A stretch of DNA of 64,000 nt, taken from Takakia lepidozioides (taxonomy: Eukaryota; Plantae; Bryophyta). This document shows positions 62,090 through 64,000 of the stretch, in pieces. The number at the start of each line of letters is the position of its first letter. Position 1 is the first letter of the stretch. The notes under the pieces are model-generated. The model made no database searches and had not been told where the DNA came from. It saw only the letters and a program-made list of their open reading frames with translations. Location: NCBI GenBank assembly GCA_030704615.1, contig CM060731.1:372001-436000 (forward strand), read 5' to 3'. Position numbers and translations under genes: made by a program.

Positions 62090-63090
62090 GATAATCCAGG
62101 TCAAGCAATTGAGATCCATTGTTTGCCCCAACAGCTGACGACGTGATGCCTCAGAAAGAGAAGACACTGCCGTGGTCCCAGTGGAAAATCCCATAGCCCA
62201 ATCTCGCTCGTCGGCATTAGGCTCCACTAACTGTTGCAACTGGCTATCCCACAAGAGGCCCGGTCCACCATCCCGAAAAGCATGGGATCCTGGGAAGCTG
62301 AGCAGTGTAGGTAATGCTGCTCGTGGTTGATCCACCCTGTTGACCACTGCCAAAGGCGAACGGTCATCGTGTCTCACACGTTGAGACTGCCTCCCTGTGT
62401 CCAAAATGCCATCCACGGTGAGGTGTACTAGCCGCTGCACCCCATCAAATGCACGCTTGAGCAGTGCGGGTGGCATCAAGTTAGTCCACCAAAGCCGTGG
62501 ACGATGAGCCCGTGACCCCACTGCAGCTGCATCCAGCAACACTACTGACCCAAGCCACGACCGGACTTGATGCACACTGGCCATCACCCTGGCCCGAGAA
62601 TCACCCATCAGTGGCACATTCTCCAAGATGTATGTTGGAGATACAGCTTGATGAAGCTATGTAGTCCACCATGGCGTCGACGCTCAGCCTATACCAGGTT
62701 CTGTCTGCCTTTGCCTCCGACTTGCCCGCATCATCTCCCAAAACAGACCCGTCCTCGAGTCTCGCAATCCATTGCCATGCCCGGCTGATGAATGCCCTTG
62801 GCAGGGCCAACCTGCCACTACCAGATCAATGGAGCCAACTTGCTCCAAATCTTGCACCCCCAACAACGAAATGTCTGCTGGCAAGGCTTGTTGGTATCCA
62901 CGAACTGCAGACACTGGCAACAAAACAGGGTACTGCTGTACCAACTGAGCAACATGGCGCAGTGAGACGCGTCATGCAGTCTCATCCCTCTCCACATACA
63001 GGTAACGTCGAACTCGTACACCTGCCTGTAGCACTGCAGCCAATCCAGTGCTGATCCCGCCAAACAAGTCCAGAAGGCATATGCCTTCAT
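62090..63090 (-). pseudogene. DNMT3-like C5-cytosine methyltransferase domain within the Gypsy polyprotein
   Basis: Motif I LLDLFGGISTG; II YVERD; IV DLVVAGWPCQ; VI YILENV; VIII AHRPRLWWTNL; IX-X ERDWAMGF..G.T...RRQLLGQTMD. One TGA stop at 62972 and a ~70-bp foreign insert. Confidence 0.9.
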
Positions 63091-64000
63091 CCGGGCACTG
63101 CCACACAAGAGGTGTGGTGTCCAATGGCAACAACTGGGGTGGTCCTGGTGCAATCACCGCACTCTCCTCCTCTCCTGACGGTACGAAAGCTTCTACCCAA
63201 GCTTGTTGCACCCGTCCATCAGCAGCCTGCTGCAAATCCTTGCTCGTACTCCACAATGGAGTGTGAGCAACCATGGCAGGCAACTCCGCCATACCATGCA
63301 TGTCATCCTGTTCTGCTGGAGGTGGCACATCCTCTGCATGGGCATTGCCCTCCAGCAACTCTCCAGGCCAACTAACTGCAGCTGTAAAGGCGGCTAGTGT
63401 TGGCATCTTGCCCCGTTGGGCAGCCGCAATACCCCCAATGAATGTCACAGGGAGCTGTGCACGACGACCATCCCCTGACTGCCATCTAGGTCTGTAGGAT
63501 GCTGACTCCTCCCAAAAGTCCAGGGTGAAGCCCATGGGATATAACACTGCCCCACCAACGAGGACATTGTAAGAGACCGCGTCTGTCACAATGGCCTTGG
63601 CTCGCATCACTGAGCCATCTACAGGATGATTTGCTTGTAGTCCAATGGCCAACTCATGCCGTATCATGCCCCGAGCCTTATCCGCCTCCATGAGGCCCAA
63701 ACTTGCAATATCAGCTCTGCCCAACATCAGTGGCTGAGCTCCCGAGTCCAACAAGACCCGCAGTGGCCGGTACTTCTTGCTTGCCGGTCCACTCAAAGAG
63801 AAAATGCCATCCTGGTTGTCTAACAAGACAACTCCAGGTGTCACCATGGCGTGCTCAAAGGCTGGCCTAGCTGGCAGTTCCGTCAACCTGGCAGCTGCAG
63901 CTTGCCATGGCGCAGCCGTGGCAGTCTTGACCCTCAAATCTGAGGATCCCTCTGCCACTACACCTTCCAGTAACTCCACAGAAGATGAAGTGACCTCCCC

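Larger units (their letters stand above)
60570..64000 (-). mobile_element. Ty3/Gypsy retrotransposon with protease, C5-DNA methyltransferase, RT and RNase H in that order (runs off the window)
   Basis: VLLDSGAQPL (protease), C5-MTase motifs, RMCGDY, LPFGLKNAPAEFQ, YIDD, LHTDWS. Confidence 0.9.

Overview
This is a gene-free, repeat-dense eukaryotic window made of nested transposable elements. Spliceosomal GT-AG introns, Ty3/Gypsy elements and CAG>TAG/CGA>TGA decay suggest a plant, probably an early-diverging land plant (inference). Four element families are present. (1) A Mutator-like (MULE) DNA transposon family with a GCM-type Zn DNA-binding domain, a DDE core and a SWIM finger. It carries accessory genes for a ParB/Srx-like domain fused to a beta-class (N4C/N6A-type) DNA methyltransferase-like domain, and a small unknown 'RWNCCxWT' protein. 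It also carries subfamily-specific arrays of CG-rich palindromes, some placed inside introns. One deleted copy (46390-53915) has intact TIRs and a 10-bp TSD and physically links these parts. (2) A Gypsy element on the minus strand (60570-64000, continued at 32705-33397) encoding a DNMT3-like C5-cytosine methyltransferase between protease and RT. (3) A Gypsy family (G1) with a long extra ORF after pol; one copy spans 33398-60569 with TSD CCACT, and several fragments lie elsewhere. (4) A chromodomain-bearing Gypsy (chromovirus, G2) at 21494-28235 plus a related solo LTR. Most ORFs carry stops or frameshifts. There is a 500-N gap at 33493-33992. The best candidate for an undescribed system is the MULE-borne ParB-methyltransferase with its cognate palindrome arrays, a possible transposon-encoded epigenetic or anti-silencing module.
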